DNA of 53,006 nucleotides from Gammaproteobacteria bacterium. Lineage in GTDB: Bacteria > Pseudomonadota > Gammaproteobacteria > GCA-001735895. The notes below the pieces were generated by a model, which saw only the letters and a list, made by a program, of their open reading frames with translations, searched no databases and was not told where the DNA came from. Where the stretch lies: assembly GCA_047639625.1 (NCBI GenBank), contig JBLIOG010000003.1:1-53006 (forward strand). Direction: 5' to 3'. How positions within the stretch are numbered: position 1 is the first letter of the stretch; the number at the start of each line of letters is the position of its first letter. Made by a program: the position numbers and the translations under genes. This document shows, piece after piece, positions 22,195 to 35,006 of this stretch.

Positions 22195-23049
22195 TATTGC
22201 TGAATGGATAGAAACGCGAAACCAACGACGGAAATTAACAATACTGCGCCGCCAATCAGGGTATAAAGAGAAGGTGTTTATGAAATAAATAACCAAACCC
22301 ATAAAGGTACCAAAATGGCTTCGAGAAGAAATATTAGTTGAACCTCTGCAGATCGAATGAACCGAGGTGACTTTGTTAGTATTATAAAAGCCGCTGGAAC
22401 GATCAGAAAACCGATCAAAGATAAGGTATAACCATTGATCTAATTTTAATAACTCGACTGGATCGTAGAAAAGAGCAAAAAAACAACCTATCAGGCACCC
22501 GATGATGATTGATCCAATCAAGTCTTTATCACGATATTTTCGAACTATAACTGCACTCGAAACGGTAGATATTGCACAGAGCAATGCAAAAAATCACCTG
22601 TCATAGTTGAAGTCTATCCCAGGCTTCCATAAGCGATAACGCCAATACTGATCAATGAGAATCCGATCAGCACCAGGTTAGTAATGTTTGTTTTTCGGAC
22701 AGGAACCATGTCGAAAATATAGCGGCGAATACAGGTGCTGAAGATAAAATTACAAGGGTATTTGCTACGGATGTATTTTGTATAGAAAGAACAAATGTAA
22801 CGCTAGTTATTGAATAAAAGAAACCGTTTACACTCCAGCTTAACCCATCGCTAAAAATACGGGGATAAACTGCATGTGATACCAGACAAGCAAACAAAGA
22901 GTTATTGAAAAAATTGGGAATAGATTTCTATAAAAAATAAGTGAATTAGTATCGATGGCACTGAGTCGAACAAACAAACTTTCCGGACTCAGAATGAGTA
23001 CACCAATAACTGAAATGCCAACTCCTTTGGCATGGTCAGATAAAATCAT
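22191..23049 (-). pseudogene. Disrupted EamA/DMT-family transporter
   Basis: DMT-like segments in different frames: LILSPESLFVRL; SVANTLVILSSAPVFAAIFSTWFLSEK; GVIAYGSLG*; SAEVQLIFLLEAILVPLWVWLFIS*TPSLYTLIGG. Several frameshifts and in-frame stops. Confidence 0.85.
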
Positions 23050-23107
23050 TTCAAACGAAACTGACCGACCGTGACTTGAATCATCCTGTACTTGAAGGGA
23101 GTTTTAT

Positions 23108-23446
23108 TTACTTTTGACCAACTGGCTTGCCGGTTTTAGTCCATACCCATTGGTCCCTTTGATCCCGCGATACTTCACCCATGGCCTCCAGTTTATCCAT
23201 GGCTTCAACGAACCCGGATTCCATAACGGTTATGTTAGTTTTGGTATTTTCATCATTTCCCTCATCACCCCTTAATCCATAAGCGATAAATTCCATTCTT
23301 GCTTGTTTTCGCTCTTTTAACCAGAGCATTAAAAATATAAAAATCAGTAGGCTAGAGCCGATCAAAACGTAGGCGATTTCCATTCCATTATCCTCTAAAA
23401 TTGTAGCCACCCAGATACTACTGGCTATCGCTGCTAATGTGAACAT
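23108..23446 (-). CDS. Hypothetical membrane protein
   Basis: Hydrophobic N-terminal segments and charged tail; fills the gap between genes. Confidence 0.55.
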   Translation of the reverse strand: MFTLAAIASSIWVATILEDNGMEIAYVLIGSSLLIFIFLMLWLKERKQARMEFIAYGLRGDEGNDENTKTNITVMESGFVEAMDKLEAMGEVSRDQRDQWVWTKTGKPVGQK

Positions 23447-23484
23447 TATTAGCCTATATCGATTGATATTTCAGAGGAATAATT

Positions 23485-24042
23485 GTGCCACTTTCAGAAA
23501 CTGTAGAACGCCAGCTCGCTCACACGCGGGTAGTGACCTGCCAGGGATATGAGCGTAACGATAATCTCTGGGATATCGAAGGTAGAATTATAGATACCAA
23601 GCCTTACCGATTTACCAATCAGGACCGTGGAGGATGGATTGAAGCAGATGAAGCTTTACACGACATGTCTATCAGACTGACGATAAACATCGAATTGGAG
23701 GTCATGGATGCCGACGCCTGTATCGACTTTTCCCCCTTTAATTATTGCCACCAGGTCAGTCAGGTAGTGCGTCAGTTAATTGGATTGAAAATTGCTCCAG
23801 GTTGGACCAAAAAATCAAAAATAGCGATGGGGGGCTCAGCCGGTTGCACTCATTTGACAGAATTGCTGGGACCCGTTGCAACAACGGCTATTCAAACAAT
23901 CGTAAGCGCCCGGCGTTCTGATCTTAAAGAGCCTGCAAAGAAAGATGATGTAAAGAATTTCATAAACACCTGTCATTCTTATCAGCAACATAGCCCGGTC
24001 GTGAAACGTTTCTGGCCTGAACTCTATAAAAGTACCGATTAA
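23485..24042 (+). CDS. DUF2889-family protein
   Basis: HTRVVTCQGYER, WDIEG, LHDMSIRL, GCTHLTELL, INTCH; GAGG RBS before GTG. Confidence 0.85.
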   Translation: MPLSETVERQLAHTRVVTCQGYERNDNLWDIEGRIIDTKPYRFTNQDRGGWIEADEALHDMSIRLTINIELEVMDADACIDFSPFNYCHQVSQVVRQLIGLKIAPGWTKKSKIAMGGSAGCTHLTELLGPVATTAIQTIVSARRSDLKEPAKKDDVKNFINTCHSYQQHSPVVKRFWPELYKSTD

Positions 24043-24049
24043 TTAGTTT

Positions 24050-24304
24050 TTATTTTCTACTTTTTACGGCAACTATTGATTTGAGCTTTAAAATTATTGG
24101 CTCATGAGCAGGGTTTTTTACCGCTGTTCGACCCAGAAGCTGTGAGTATAAATCAGGGTCTTGCAGTTCCAGTATTTCATGAAAAATCCGCTGCTCTTCA
24201 GCCATTGCAGCTGGATATTCCAAATCAAGATAATTGTTTAAAACTAGATCTAGTTCCTTCATTCCACGACGGCATAGCCAACGCAGTCTGGATATTTCAG
24301 TCAT
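24050..24304 (-). CDS. sdhE: Succinate dehydrogenase flavinylation factor
   Basis: RLRWLCRRGMKELD; ATG overlaps the sdhB stop (TAATG). Confidence 0.93.
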   Translation of the reverse strand: MTEISRLRWLCRRGMKELDLVLNNYLDLEYPAAMAEEQRIFHEILELQDPDLYSQLLGRTAVKNPAHEPIILKLKSIVAVKSRK

Positions 24305-25086
24305 TATATTTTTCGCTGCACCAGAAGCTTTTTCGTTGCTGCAATGGCTTTTGCCGGATTCAAACCTTTTGGACAAGAGTCGGCACAGTTCATTATGGTA
24401 TGGCATCGATACAGTTTGAAAGGATCTTCCAGATCATCAAGTCGTTGACCGGTTGCTTCATCGCGACTATCGACGATCCATCGATAGGCATTTAACAAAG
24501 CTGCCGGCCCCAGAAACCGGTCACTATTCCACCAATAACTTGGACAGCTGGTAGAGCAACAGGCGCAAAGAATACACTCATAAAGCCCATCGAGTTTTTC
24601 ACGGTCTTCGCGGGATTGAAGACGTTCACGATCCGGCGGAGTCGGTGAGTCAGTCTTCATCCATGGTTCAATAGATGCATACTGCGCATAAAAATGAGTC
24701 AAATCTGAAACCAGATCTTTTATAATGGGCTGATGTGGTAGCGGATACACTTTCACATCCCCCTTGATATCAGAAATTGCTTTAATACAGGCAAGCGTAT
24801 TTCCACCATCAATATTCATCGAACAGGAACCACAAATCCCTTCCCTGCAGGACCGTCGCAAAGAAAGCGTAGAGTCTATCTGGTCTTTTATTTTTAAAAG
24901 CCCATCTAGAACCATTGGACCACAGGTATCCATATCGACTTCATAGGTATCAGTACGAGGATTTTCACCATTAGCAGGATCGTATCGATAAATGATAAAT
25001 CGCCTTACGTTTTTGCTACCAGAGGGTGCTTTATAAACCTTACCCCGTTTAACAATGGAATTTGCGGGGAGTGAAAACTCAGCCAT
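24304..25086 (-). CDS. sdhB: Succinate dehydrogenase iron-sulfur subunit
   Basis: [34 protein letters not shown]. Confidence 0.98.
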   Translation of the reverse strand: MAEFSLPANSIVKRGKVYKAPSGSKNVRRFIIYRYDPANGENPRTDTYEVDMDTCGPMVLDGLLKIKDQIDSTLSLRRSCREGICGSCSMNIDGGNTLACIKAISDIKGDVKVYPLPHQPIIKDLVSDLTHFYAQYASIEPWMKTDSPTPPDRERLQSREDREKLDGLYECILCACCSTSCPSYWWNSDRFLGPAALLNAYRWIVDSRDEATGQRLDDLEDPFKLYRCHTIMNCADSCPKGLNPAKAIAATKKLLVQRKI

Positions 25087-25104
25087 TTCTCATAATCTCC
25101 AAAC

Positions 25105-26892
25105 TTAGTAAACGCGGGTTTTAGGTGGTATTACTTCGCATTCGTCGCTTAAGGTATACATGTGTACCGGTCTATAATCGAACTCAACAACGCCCGAATC
25201 ATCTACCCATGAAAGCGTATGCTTCATCCAGCTCTCATCATCTCGCTCGCTAAAATCTTCACGTGCATGTCCGCCGCGACTTTCAAGTCGATTCAATGCT
25301 CCTTGAATAATAGTTTGTGCTTGCAATAATAAATTTTCCAGCTCGAGGGTTTCTACCAAATCGGTATTCCATATCATGCCTCGGTCACTAGTGCGGACGT
25401 CTTTAAAACTATCAAAAATCTCATTCATTTTTGCAACGCCTTCTTGCATGGAATCACCCGTTCTGAAAACGGCAGCATGCTTTTGCATTGTGCGCTGCAT
25501 ATCATCTCGAATTTTTGCCGTTGGTGTTCCGCCACTCGCAGTCCGAAGTTTGTCTAATCGGTCAACTATTGCGGTGGTAGCATCATCGCTAATCGATTTA
25601 TGTGGCAATCCCGGAGTTATAATTTCAGCCGCTTTTAATGCGGCGGCTCGTCCAAAAACTACAATATCAAGTAACGAGTTTGACCCTAATCGATTAGCAC
25701 CATGCACTGAGACACAGGCGGCCTCGCCAATAGCCATTAAACCGGGTACAACAGAGTCGGGGTCACCATCTTTTATGGTTACAACCTCACCATGATAATT
25801 TGTGGGAATACCGCCCATGTTGTAATGAACGGTTGGTAAAACTGGAATAGGCTCTTTTGTTACATCAACACCCGCAAATATTTCTGCCGACTCGGCAATG
25901 CCCGGTAAACGTTCATTGATAACTTCAGGGCCTAGATGCTCAAGGTGCAAATGGATATGATCTTTATCGGGTCCGACACCTCTTCCTTCATTTATTTCGA
26001 TAGTCATTGAACGACTAACAACATCCCGTGATGCTAAATCTTTGGCATTTGGAGCATAACGTTCCATAAACCTTTCGCCGTCAGAGTTCGTCAAATATCC
26101 GCCCTCTCCACGGACACCCTCGGTAATCAGTACACCTGCCCCGTAAATGCCGGTGGGATGAAACTGCACAAACTCCATATCCTGCAACGGCAACCCTGCT
26201 CTAATAACCATTGCGCTACCGTCGCCGGTACAGGTATGTGCTGAAGTTGCGGAAAAATAAGCCCGACCACAGCCTCCCGTAGCGAGTACAACCGTGTGTG
26301 CTCGAAAACGATGAAGTTCTCCAGTTGCCAGGTCCCATGCTATAACACCACGACAGACACCATCATCCATAATCAGGTCAATGGCAAAATATTCAATATA
26401 GAATTCAGCTTTATGTTTTAGCGATTGCTGATAGAGGGTGTGTAAAATAGCGTGACCTGTTCGATCAGCTGCTGCACAGGTTCTTTGAGCGGTGCCTTCA
26501 CCGAAGTTGGTGGTCATACCACCGAACGGTCGCTGATAAATTTTACCTTCTTCAGTGCGTGAAAAAGGAACTCCGTAATGTTCTAACTCTATGACTGCAG
26601 GTACCGCTTCACGACACATATATTCAATAGCATCCTGATCGCCTAGCCAATCTGACCCTTTTACGGTGTCATACATATGCCATTGCCAGGTATCGGGACC
26701 CATATTACCCAGTGAAGCACTCATGCCACCCTGAGCCGCCACCGTATGGCTGCGGGTGGGAAATACTTTTGTAACACAGGCAGTGGATAAACCTGCCGCT
26801 GCCATACCCAGTGTTGCCCGTAGACCTGCGCCACCAGCCCCAACAATAACGACGTCATAGGCATGATCGATTATTTTCTGATTTTGAGTCAT
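25105..26892 (-). CDS. sdhA: Succinate dehydrogenase flavoprotein subunit
   Basis: [16 protein letters not shown] (FAD-His), [19 protein letters not shown]. Confidence 0.98.
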   Translation of the reverse strand: MTQNQKIIDHAYDVVIVGAGGAGLRATLGMAAAGLSTACVTKVFPTRSHTVAAQGGMSASLGNMGPDTWQWHMYDTVKGSDWLGDQDAIEYMCREAVPAVIELEHYGVPFSRTEEGKIYQRPFGGMTTNFGEGTAQRTCAAADRTGHAILHTLYQQSLKHKAEFYIEYFAIDLIMDDGVCRGVIAWDLATGELHRFRAHTVVLATGGCGRAYFSATSAHTCTGDGSAMVIRAGLPLQDMEFVQFHPTGIYGAGVLITEGVRGEGGYLTNSDGERFMERYAPNAKDLASRDVVSRSMTIEINEGRGVGPDKDHIHLHLEHLGPEVINERLPGIAESAEIFAGVDVTKEPIPVLPTVHYNMGGIPTNYHGEVVTIKDGDPDSVVPGLMAIGEAACVSVHGANRLGSNSLLDIVVFGRAAALKAAEIITPGLPHKSISDDATTAIVDRLDKLRTASGGTPTAKIRDDMQRTMQKHAAVFRTGDSMQEGVAKMNEIFDSFKDVRTSDRGMIWNTDLVETLELENLLLQAQTIIQGALNRLESRGGHAREDFSERDDESWMKHTLSWVDDSGVVEFDYRPVHMYTLSDECEVIPPKTRVY

Positions 26893-26895
26893 CCC

Positions 26896-27276
26896 TTAAG
26901 CTCCAAAAGTAATCTTTAATACTGAAACTATGCCTGTAATGCCCGCTATCAAACAGGTAAAGCTATTCAGAATGATGCAAATTGTTCGCGTAGCATGATT
27001 TGAAACGTAATCTTCGATGATAATCTGTAACCCTAGTTGTGCATGGTAAAAAATAGCAAAAATCGAAAGAACCAGTAAAATCGCGACCGGGGTTTGTTGT
27101 AACCAACCGATCAAAGTCCCGTATTGAGCCGGTAAGGCAGCAAGGCTAAATCCCAACCAGAGTACCAGTGGAATTAACAATAAAGCTGTTAATCGTTGAT
27201 GCCAAAAATGTGAAGTCCCATCTTTGGCAGATCCCAGGCCTTTAACCTTTGACAAAGGTGTTTGTAATCGACTCAT
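26896..27276 (-). CDS. sdhD: Succinate dehydrogenase membrane anchor
   Basis: GLGSAKDGTSHFWHQRLTA, HAQLGLQIIIEDY. Confidence 0.95.
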   Translation of the reverse strand: MSRLQTPLSKVKGLGSAKDGTSHFWHQRLTALLLIPLVLWLGFSLAALPAQYGTLIGWLQQTPVAILLVLSIFAIFYHAQLGLQIIIEDYVSNHATRTICIILNSFTCLIAGITGIVSVLKITFGA

Positions 27277-27280
27277 CAGA

Positions 27281-27664
27281 TCATCCCGCCAGTACGGCTA
27301 CCACCCAGGTAGCTATGGTTAATATTAAAGCAACGATAATCGCCAGTTTTGCAGATTTATCGACAACATCGAGGTCAAAGCCTATTCCAACGTCCCAGAA
27401 TAAATGCCTGATACCATTACAAAAATGAATGTAAACGCTGAGCGTTAAACCGAAGAGGAAAATTTGGCCGTACCAACTCGATAAATGACCCGATAAAGCC
27501 TGATAGGCTTCGGGACCACTCGCTATCGTCACGAGAACCCAGACTAGAACCAGTGCACCAAAAGCAATAAAGACCCCTGTCGCTCTGTGAGTGATTGACA
27601 ATAGTGCCGTCAGCGGAAGCCGATAGATTTGCAGATGAGGCGAAACCGGATGATTGCTGATCAT
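27281..27664 (-). CDS. sdhC: Succinate dehydrogenase cytochrome b556 subunit
   Basis: SPHLQIY, SITHRATG, HFCNGIRHLFWD. Confidence 0.95.
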   Translation of the reverse strand: MISNHPVSPHLQIYRLPLTALLSITHRATGVFIAFGALVLVWVLVTIASGPEAYQALSGHLSSWYGQIFLFGLTLSVYIHFCNGIRHLFWDVGIGFDLDVVDKSAKLAIIVALILTIATWVVAVLAG

Positions 27665-27759
27665 GTCTTCTTATCCTTAATTTAATAGGAAATGCTTGTA
27701 GCTGATTGTGTTACTTTTATCAGTAATGGTAAGAAAAAACTGATGGGGTAATTTCGTAT

Positions 27760-27933
27760 TCAAAAATCGATACAGCGGCCGTTTTTTTCCCAATCACCAT
27801 ACCGAGTAGGTTCAAGACCTTTCGGACCACCATACTCTCCGGTTTCCGGAAGTTCTTTCTTTACCTTAGATATTAAATTTTCTGCCACTGTGTCATTTGA
27901 AACAGTGTTTTCATTATTTTCGATTTCGGTCAT
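27760..27933 (-). CDS. DUF1674 / SDHAF4 (Sdh8)-like protein, 57 aa (not in ORF track)
   Basis: Hand translation ends [26 protein letters not shown], the DUF1674 signature; directly upstream of sdhC. Confidence 0.92.
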   Translation of the reverse strand: MTEIENNENTVSNDTVAENLISKVKKELPETGEYGGPKGLEPTRYGDWEKNGRCIDF

Positions 27934-28086
27934 TGCCACAATTCGTCGGTTTCAGCCTGATCATGATACTAGCACATTGCCAAAAATTTATGAGATCCAG
28001 AGGTCTAATCGGGTACTCAGCAGTGCCATATTATTTCAATAGGCACCATTAAATATAGCAACATAGCGGTAAGGAATTTATATTTA

Positions 28087-28812
28087 TTAATTGTTTAATA
28101 AACGTGGAATTAACTGTTTGTAAGGCACGTAGCCGTTAAATTTTTCACCTGAAGACGTATAAAGTGCAGGTGTACCAGTAACGCCAATTAAGTTTCCGAG
28201 TCGATGTCCTTCGTCGATAAAACTTGCCGCCTCACAGTCGTCGCTGCCTAATTCACCATAATTAACGCCCTTTGCAATATTCATTGCACGTTGCCGATCA
28301 TCCGAACACCAGACCTTCTTTAAATCTGAATAACCGGGACCTTGAGCACCACCTCGAGGATAGGGAAAATATCTAACCGATATACCGGCTTCCTGTAAAT
28401 ATTTAACTTCCTCATGTAATTTTTGACAATAACCACAGGAGGTATCCGTAAATACATTCAAAACTGCCTTCTCTTCATTATCAGCCGGGAAAATAGTCAA
28501 CGAATCGAGAGAGACCTTATTTATTTCGTCACTGATGAGGGAACGTCGGCTAGATTCGGTTAGATTTTTGGCCGTTTTCAAATCGATCAAATCACCGATC
28601 AAGACATATCTCCCACCATCGATAAGATAAGCAAACTTGTCGCCAAATCGTGTTTGAAATACTCCGTCTATTGGAGTGGCCACCGGCTCAGTAATAGATT
28701 CTGTTCCGAGGCGCAACCGTAATAATTCGGTCAGCGGATCTGAATCTGCAGCTAGGCTATTTTGCCCGACTAAAAGCAGAGCGATTAAGGAGGTTATAAT
28801 TAACTTGATCAT
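28087..28812 (-). CDS. dsbC: Thiol:disulfide isomerase DsbC
   Basis: Signal peptide; VFTDTSCGYCQKLH; GVTGTP. Confidence 0.9.
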   Translation of the reverse strand: MIKLIITSLIALLLVGQNSLAADSDPLTELLRLRLGTESITEPVATPIDGVFQTRFGDKFAYLIDGGRYVLIGDLIDLKTAKNLTESSRRSLISDEINKVSLDSLTIFPADNEEKAVLNVFTDTSCGYCQKLHEEVKYLQEAGISVRYFPYPRGGAQGPGYSDLKKVWCSDDRQRAMNIAKGVNYGELGSDDCEAASFIDEGHRLGNLIGVTGTPALYTSSGEKFNGYVPYKQLIPRLLNN

Positions 28813-28867
28813 AAATGAGGGCCAGTTAGTGTGTTATGTGGTTGAATAATTAGTCAAGGATAGCGGT

Positions 28868-29461
28868 TCAAAGTTCAGGTTTAAATATCAATATTCGATT
28901 ATTCGCAGGCATTTCGCAATCGGCTTCAATACTCAAGCCCGACGATAGCAATAATTCGGATATCCGTTCAAAGTCTTTAATGCCACTTAACGGATTGTTT
29001 TGTTTAAGCCAAACGTCAAATCGACGGTTGCTATCTGAAGTATATTGATTATTGTAATTAAACGGTCCGTAAAGAATCAGGCATCCGTTATCCGTCAAAA
29101 CATCGGATAATCCTGTTAAACATTTCTCTACACTTGACTGATCCATTATGTGCAGGGTGTTGGCCGTGTAAATCAAATCAACGCTGATTTCTGGCCAGTC
29201 CTGATTTACATCTAATTCTATTGGTTCAGGAATGTTTTGGCATTCAGTGCTTTCAATCCAGGATTTTATACCGGGCAGGTTTTCAGAAAGATCCGATGTT
29301 TGCCAACTCAGATTAGAAAATAGTGGCGCAAAATAAGCCGCATGTTGACCCGTCCCACTGCCTATCTCGAGCACTTTCTTAGCCTCTCTTAGATAAGGTG
29401 TTATGACATTGAGGATAACATCGCTGTTTTGCAAGCAGGATTCACTGAAAGGCCTATTCAT
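28868..29461 (-). CDS. DUF938-family SAM-dependent methyltransferase-like protein
   Basis: LEIGSGTGQHA, WQTSD, YGPF, MPANN. Confidence 0.88.
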   Translation of the reverse strand: MNRPFSESCLQNSDVILNVITPYLREAKKVLEIGSGTGQHAAYFAPLFSNLSWQTSDLSENLPGIKSWIESTECQNIPEPIELDVNQDWPEISVDLIYTANTLHIMDQSSVEKCLTGLSDVLTDNGCLILYGPFNYNNQYTSDSNRRFDVWLKQNNPLSGIKDFERISELLLSSGLSIEADCEMPANNRILIFKPEL

Positions 29462-30758
29462 TTCGTGCGTCTCGGTTTCGAAGTTTAAGCTGATTCAGTT
29501 TTTCTCCGATTTTTTGTTCCAGGCCTCGATTGACCGGTTTGTAATAGTGTGCCTCCGGCATTTCGTCTGGAAAATAACGCTCACCCGCGGCAAACCCCGC
29601 TTCTTCATCGTGGGCATAGCGGTAGTTTTCGCCATAGCCTTCGGATTTCATTAGCTGAGTGGGCGCATTGCGAAGATGTTTTGGGACTTCCAGACTTCCC
29701 GTTCTTTCAGCTGCAGCTCGTGATTCATTATAGGCCTGATATACAGCGTTGCTTTTTGCCGCGCAGGCGATATAAACAATTCCCTGCGCGATCGCGAGGT
29801 CTCCTTCCGGACTGCCAAGTCTCTCGTAGGTCTTCCAGCCATTCAATGTAATATCCAGGCCTCTCGGATCTGCCAGCCCAATATCTTCGATGGCCATGCG
29901 AACAACCCGCCTTGCAATATAAGCAGGATCACATCCGCCATCAAGCATGCGCGAAAACCAGTAAAGCGCTGCATCTGGATCTGAGCCTCTGACTGATTTA
30001 TGCAGAGCAGATATTTGATCGTAAAAAATATCACCTTTGTTATCAAATCGACGCACGCCCTGCCCAGCAACTTCCTTAACAAGCCTGGCATCAATAATAT
30101 GGTCGGTCGTAAGATCACTGGCAATTTCAAGATAGGTCAAGGCTTTCCGGACATCCCCGTCGGCGCTTGCAACCAGGACCTCCTGTGCTTCCTTATCCAT
30201 CGAAAGGTCAAGTTTACCCAGACCCATTTCGTCATCCTTGAGTGCTCGATCGATCACTTTAAACATATCATCAGCGGTAACCGATTTTAAAACATAGGTT
30301 CGGACCCGAGATAGCAATGCATTATTCAATTCAAATGATGGGTTTTCTGTGGTTGCCCCAATAAACAAAAGCGTACCATCTTCAATATGGGGTAGGAATG
30401 CATCCTGTTGCGATTTATTAAAACGATGAACCTCGTCGACAAAAAGGACTGTTCTGGCGGAAATTTGCTTCGCTTGTTGAACCGCATCACGAATATCTTT
30501 TACGCCAGATAATACGGCCGACAGCGTAATAAAATGAGCATCAGAATAATGTGCAATTAATCGAGCTAATGTCGTTTTACCCGTACCAGGCGGACCCCAG
30601 AATACCATCGAATGCAGTTTATTAGCTTCGATTGCCATGCGCAGTGGCTTGCCTTCAGCCAACAGATGCGACTGCCCCCAAACCTGTTCTAGTTTTATCG
30701 GACGAAGACGATCAGCAAGCGGTCGATGTTCGGATTCAGTTTCGAAAAAGTCAGTCAA
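29454..30758 (-). CDS. rarA: Replication-associated recombination protein A
   Basis: [43 protein letters not shown]. Confidence 0.96.
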   Translation of the reverse strand: MTDFFETESEHRPLADRLRPIKLEQVWGQSHLLAEGKPLRMAIEANKLHSMVFWGPPGTGKTTLARLIAHYSDAHFITLSAVLSGVKDIRDAVQQAKQISARTVLFVDEVHRFNKSQQDAFLPHIEDGTLLFIGATTENPSFELNNALLSRVRTYVLKSVTADDMFKVIDRALKDDEMGLGKLDLSMDKEAQEVLVASADGDVRKALTYLEIASDLTTDHIIDARLVKEVAGQGVRRFDNKGDIFYDQISALHKSVRGSDPDAALYWFSRMLDGGCDPAYIARRVVRMAIEDIGLADPRGLDITLNGWKTYERLGSPEGDLAIAQGIVYIACAAKSNAVYQAYNESRAAAERTGSLEVPKHLRNAPTQLMKSEGYGENYRYAHDEEAGFAAGERYFPDEMPEAHYYKPVNRGLEQKIGEKLNQLKLRNRDARNE

Positions 30759-30778
30759 CTTTTTTCCTTAGCGAGCCA

Positions 30779-31399
30779 TTAACCATCTACAGCAAATACG
30801 TCGACACCATTAGGTGGTATGAATTCAAATATGGCGGGATCATGGATGACATCTAGCCGGAGGTTTTCAAATACAATCTGGGTACTTTGGCCAAAACTAT
30901 CGCGCAATTGCATGGCTACAACGTTTGAATCTTCAAGACCAAGATACACATGTGAATATTCCATATCTTTCGCAACTGGCTCCAGTTCAACCCAATATAA
31001 ATGCTTTTTATCACCGATTTCGCTGACGATAAACTGCTCATTTATATTGTCTTTATTCATCAATACCATTATAGGTGCAGTTGCCAGTCCACTATCTAAT
31101 GGCTTAACCGTAACTTGATCCAGGTCAACGTCATAGACCCAGAGCTCTTTTCCATCGGCAATTATTTTTTGTTCATAGGGTGAGGTGTAAATCCAGGCAA
31201 ATTTACCGGGTCGCTGAAGCGCAACAGTTCCCAGACTTTGCTGGACTATTTGTTGATTGTCATCCAGCACGGTCTGAACAAAATTAGCTGTAATACTATC
31301 CAGCTTAGCCAGTGCACGATTCAATCTTGATTCAGCTGTTTCGGCATAGACGGTTGTTACTAACGCCATAGAAAGAATTACTAACAAAAGTTTTTTCAT
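30779..31399 (-). CDS. lolA: Outer-membrane lipoprotein chaperone
   Basis: ANFVQ, QRPGKFAW, DGKELWVYD; between ftsK and rarA. Confidence 0.94.
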   Translation of the reverse strand: MKKLLLVILSMALVTTVYAETAESRLNRALAKLDSITANFVQTVLDDNQQIVQQSLGTVALQRPGKFAWIYTSPYEQKIIADGKELWVYDVDLDQVTVKPLDSGLATAPIMVLMNKDNINEQFIVSEIGDKKHLYWVELEPVAKDMEYSHVYLGLEDSNVVAMQLRDSFGQSTQIVFENLRLDVIHDPAIFEFIPPNGVDVFAVDG

Positions 31400-31404
31400 T
31401 TTAT

Positions 31405-33735
31405 TTAGTCTTTTGGTGGCGGAGGCGCAAGTACTTCACGACTTCCATTAGATTGAACCAACGACACGACCCCAGAAGCTTCCATTTCTTCGACCATCCG
31501 GGCGGCCCGGTTATAGCCTATTTTCAAACGTCGTTGAACATAGGATATCGATGCTTTGCGAGTTTCGGTCACTATTGCTACGGCCTCGTCATACAACGGA
31601 TCGGCTTCTTCCCCGCTTGAATCTCGATCCGACTCGCCGGGTAACACTGCAGATTTAGATTCATCAAGAACATCTTCGATATAATTAGGCTTACCTGTCG
31701 ATTTGATTTCCTGGATGACCGCATGAACCTCATGATCATCGACAAAGGCACCATGAACCCGCTCTGGGAGACTAGTCCCTGGGGGTAGATATAACATATC
31801 TCCATGACCGAGTAATGTTTCGGCGCCCATTTGGTCAAGAATGGTTCTCGAATCTACTTTGGATGAAACCTGAAAAGCAATTCGGGTTGGAATATTAGAT
31901 TTTATCAATCCAGTAATAACATCTACTGATGGCCTTTGCGTCGCCAATAATAAATGGATTCCTGAGGCTCGGGCCTTTTGGGCTAACCGGGCAATCAGTT
32001 CTTCAACCTTTTTCCCAACCACCATGATCATATCCGCAAACTCATCCACTACGACTACAATGTAGGGCAAACTGACAAGATAATCGGGTTTTGCATCGGG
32101 ATCCAGTAGCAACTTTTTCCTGTCAAACAACGGATCTTTTAAGGGTTCTCCAGCAGCTATCGCTTCACGCACTTTTTTATTGAAGCCTGAAATATTTCTG
32201 ACACCAAGACATGACATTAATTTGTAGCGCCTTTCCATCTCGGCCACACACCATCTAAGTGCATTTGCGGCCTCCTTCATATCCGTCACTACGGGCGCGA
32301 TTAAATGCGGAATCCCTTCGTAAACATTTAACTCCAACATTTTGGGATCGATTAGTATCATGCGGACCTCTTCAGGTGTTGCTTTGTAAAGAAGACTAAG
32401 CAACATTGCATTAATGCCAACTGACTTACCCGAACCGGTAGTCCCCGCTACCAGAAGGTGCGGCATCTTTGCTAAATCAGCGACGACCGCGTTACCACTG
32501 ATATCTTTTCCCAACGCTAAAGTTAAAGGTGATGATGATTGGTCAAAAGCCTGTGATCGTATTATTTCACTGAGAACAACTAACTCCCGATTTTCATTTG
32601 GAACTTCGAGTCCCATGACCGATTTGCCTGGAATGATTTCAACGACTCGAACGCCTATTACCGATAAAGATCTGGCCAGATCTTTTGATAAACTGGTGAT
32701 TTGACTTACTTTGACACCCGCGGCGGGCAATATTTCAAATCTCGTGATAACCGGCCCGGGATGCACCGACACCACTTGAATTTCGATACCAAAATCTGCC
32801 AGTTTAAGTTCCAGCTGTTTTGACATGGCCTCGAGAGCTGATTTACTATATCCCGCTGTTTGTGGTTTCGGATCATCCAGTAAAGCAAGCGGCGGTATAC
32901 AGCTCGCACCCGTCCCTGACGCCTTGAACAGCGGTATTTGTCTTTCCTTTTCAACTCTCGTGCTTTCAGTCACCTTCTGAATAACTGGCTCAATATTTAA
33001 AGGTCGACGCCATTCCTGTTTTTGTTTTTGAACCGTCAGTATCTGTTCACGTTGATTACGGTTTCGATTGCCTTCAAGCCTGTCTTTCAATAAATAATAT
33101 CGATCCACTGCGCGGTCGAATATTTTTATGCTAAACGAGCCTGTGGCATCAACAAAGGCTAACCAGGAAATCCCGGTAAATAGAGTCAGGCCGGCAAGAA
33201 AAAGAGCCAGGTGTAGTACGGTTGCGCCGGGAAATCCCATTCCCTGAGAAAAATAGTTACCGGTAATTTGCCCAAGGATACCACCGGCATCGAGCGGCAG
33301 TGCATCGGGGTTGACCGCAAAATGTATACTCGATAAAGCGCAGCCTGAAATCAGAGTCAAAACAAACCCGCTCCATCGAATGACCAGCATTTGATATCGG
33401 TCTTCAGTCGTTAATTTTCGAGTACGAGCAAGAATAATACCGTTATATATGATCATAATTGGAAGCAGAGCCGATAAATATCCGAACAGATAAAATAAAA
33501 GGTCGGAAATCCATGCGCCTGCAATTCCACCCATATTTTTAATTTGCTCATTGGTACCACTATGCGACCAGGAGGAATCCCCCGAATGATAACTAACAAG
33601 TGCGACCAGGACGTAAATTGCTAATGCAAATGACATCAACATCCCGGCTTCACGCAAGCGCTGACTTATTTGTCTAGCAAACATCCGTTTTTGTTCGGGG
33701 TTGGTCGATTTTGGTTTGGGTTTTGCCTGAGCCAA
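31405..33735 (-). CDS. ftsK: DNA translocase FtsK (likely TTG start at 33735)
   Basis: N-terminal TM helices, [36 protein letters not shown] gamma domain. Confidence 0.96.
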   Translation of the reverse strand: MAQAKPKPKSTNPEQKRMFARQISQRLREAGMLMSFALAIYVLVALVSYHSGDSSWSHSGTNEQIKNMGGIAGAWISDLLFYLFGYLSALLPIMIIYNGIILARTRKLTTEDRYQMLVIRWSGFVLTLISGCALSSIHFAVNPDALPLDAGGILGQITGNYFSQGMGFPGATVLHLALFLAGLTLFTGISWLAFVDATGSFSIKIFDRAVDRYYLLKDRLEGNRNRNQREQILTVQKQKQEWRRPLNIEPVIQKVTESTRVEKERQIPLFKASGTGASCIPPLALLDDPKPQTAGYSKSALEAMSKQLELKLADFGIEIQVVSVHPGPVITRFEILPAAGVKVSQITSLSKDLARSLSVIGVRVVEIIPGKSVMGLEVPNENRELVVLSEIIRSQAFDQSSSPLTLALGKDISGNAVVADLAKMPHLLVAGTTGSGKSVGINAMLLSLLYKATPEEVRMILIDPKMLELNVYEGIPHLIAPVVTDMKEAANALRWCVAEMERRYKLMSCLGVRNISGFNKKVREAIAAGEPLKDPLFDRKKLLLDPDAKPDYLVSLPYIVVVVDEFADMIMVVGKKVEELIARLAQKARASGIHLLLATQRPSVDVITGLIKSNIPTRIAFQVSSKVDSRTILDQMGAETLLGHGDMLYLPPGTSLPERVHGAFVDDHEVHAVIQEIKSTGKPNYIEDVLDESKSAVLPGESDRDSSGEEADPLYDEAVAIVTETRKASISYVQRRLKIGYNRAARMVEEMEASGVVSLVQSNGSREVLAPPPPKD

Positions 33736-33802
33736 GGAGAAAAGTAGTAATCTGTAAAGGCAGCATTTTACCTGATGAAGGCCGGTTTGAACCAGACTAC
33801 TT

Positions 33803-33827
33803 TTGAAATGTTTTATAACCCCCATAT
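33803..33827 (+). promoter_or_regulatory. Sigma32-like promoter facing trxB
   Basis: TTGAAA, 11 nt, CCCCATAT; spacer shorter than typical. Confidence 0.35.
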
Positions 33828-33966
33828 GCCACGAAACAATGACACGATTTTAAAGATACTTCGGTAGAACATCAAAAATTAACCAATTTGATTGAAGGAA
33901 TCTCTATAATCTATGTCTGTCTAATTTGTCGTCTATTTACATTAATCCGCCAAACATTACTATTAG

Positions 33967-34950
<984 letters not shown>

Positions 34951-35006
34951 GCGCTGATAACGATTGTGAACTCGAGTCTATCGTTGGCAAGCATGAAATC
35001 CTGCCT

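Noticed and set aside
24305-24406. N-terminal extension of sdhE in the ORF track
   Set aside because: Overlaps sdhB; the ATG at 24304 coupled to the sdhB stop gives a normal-length SdhE.
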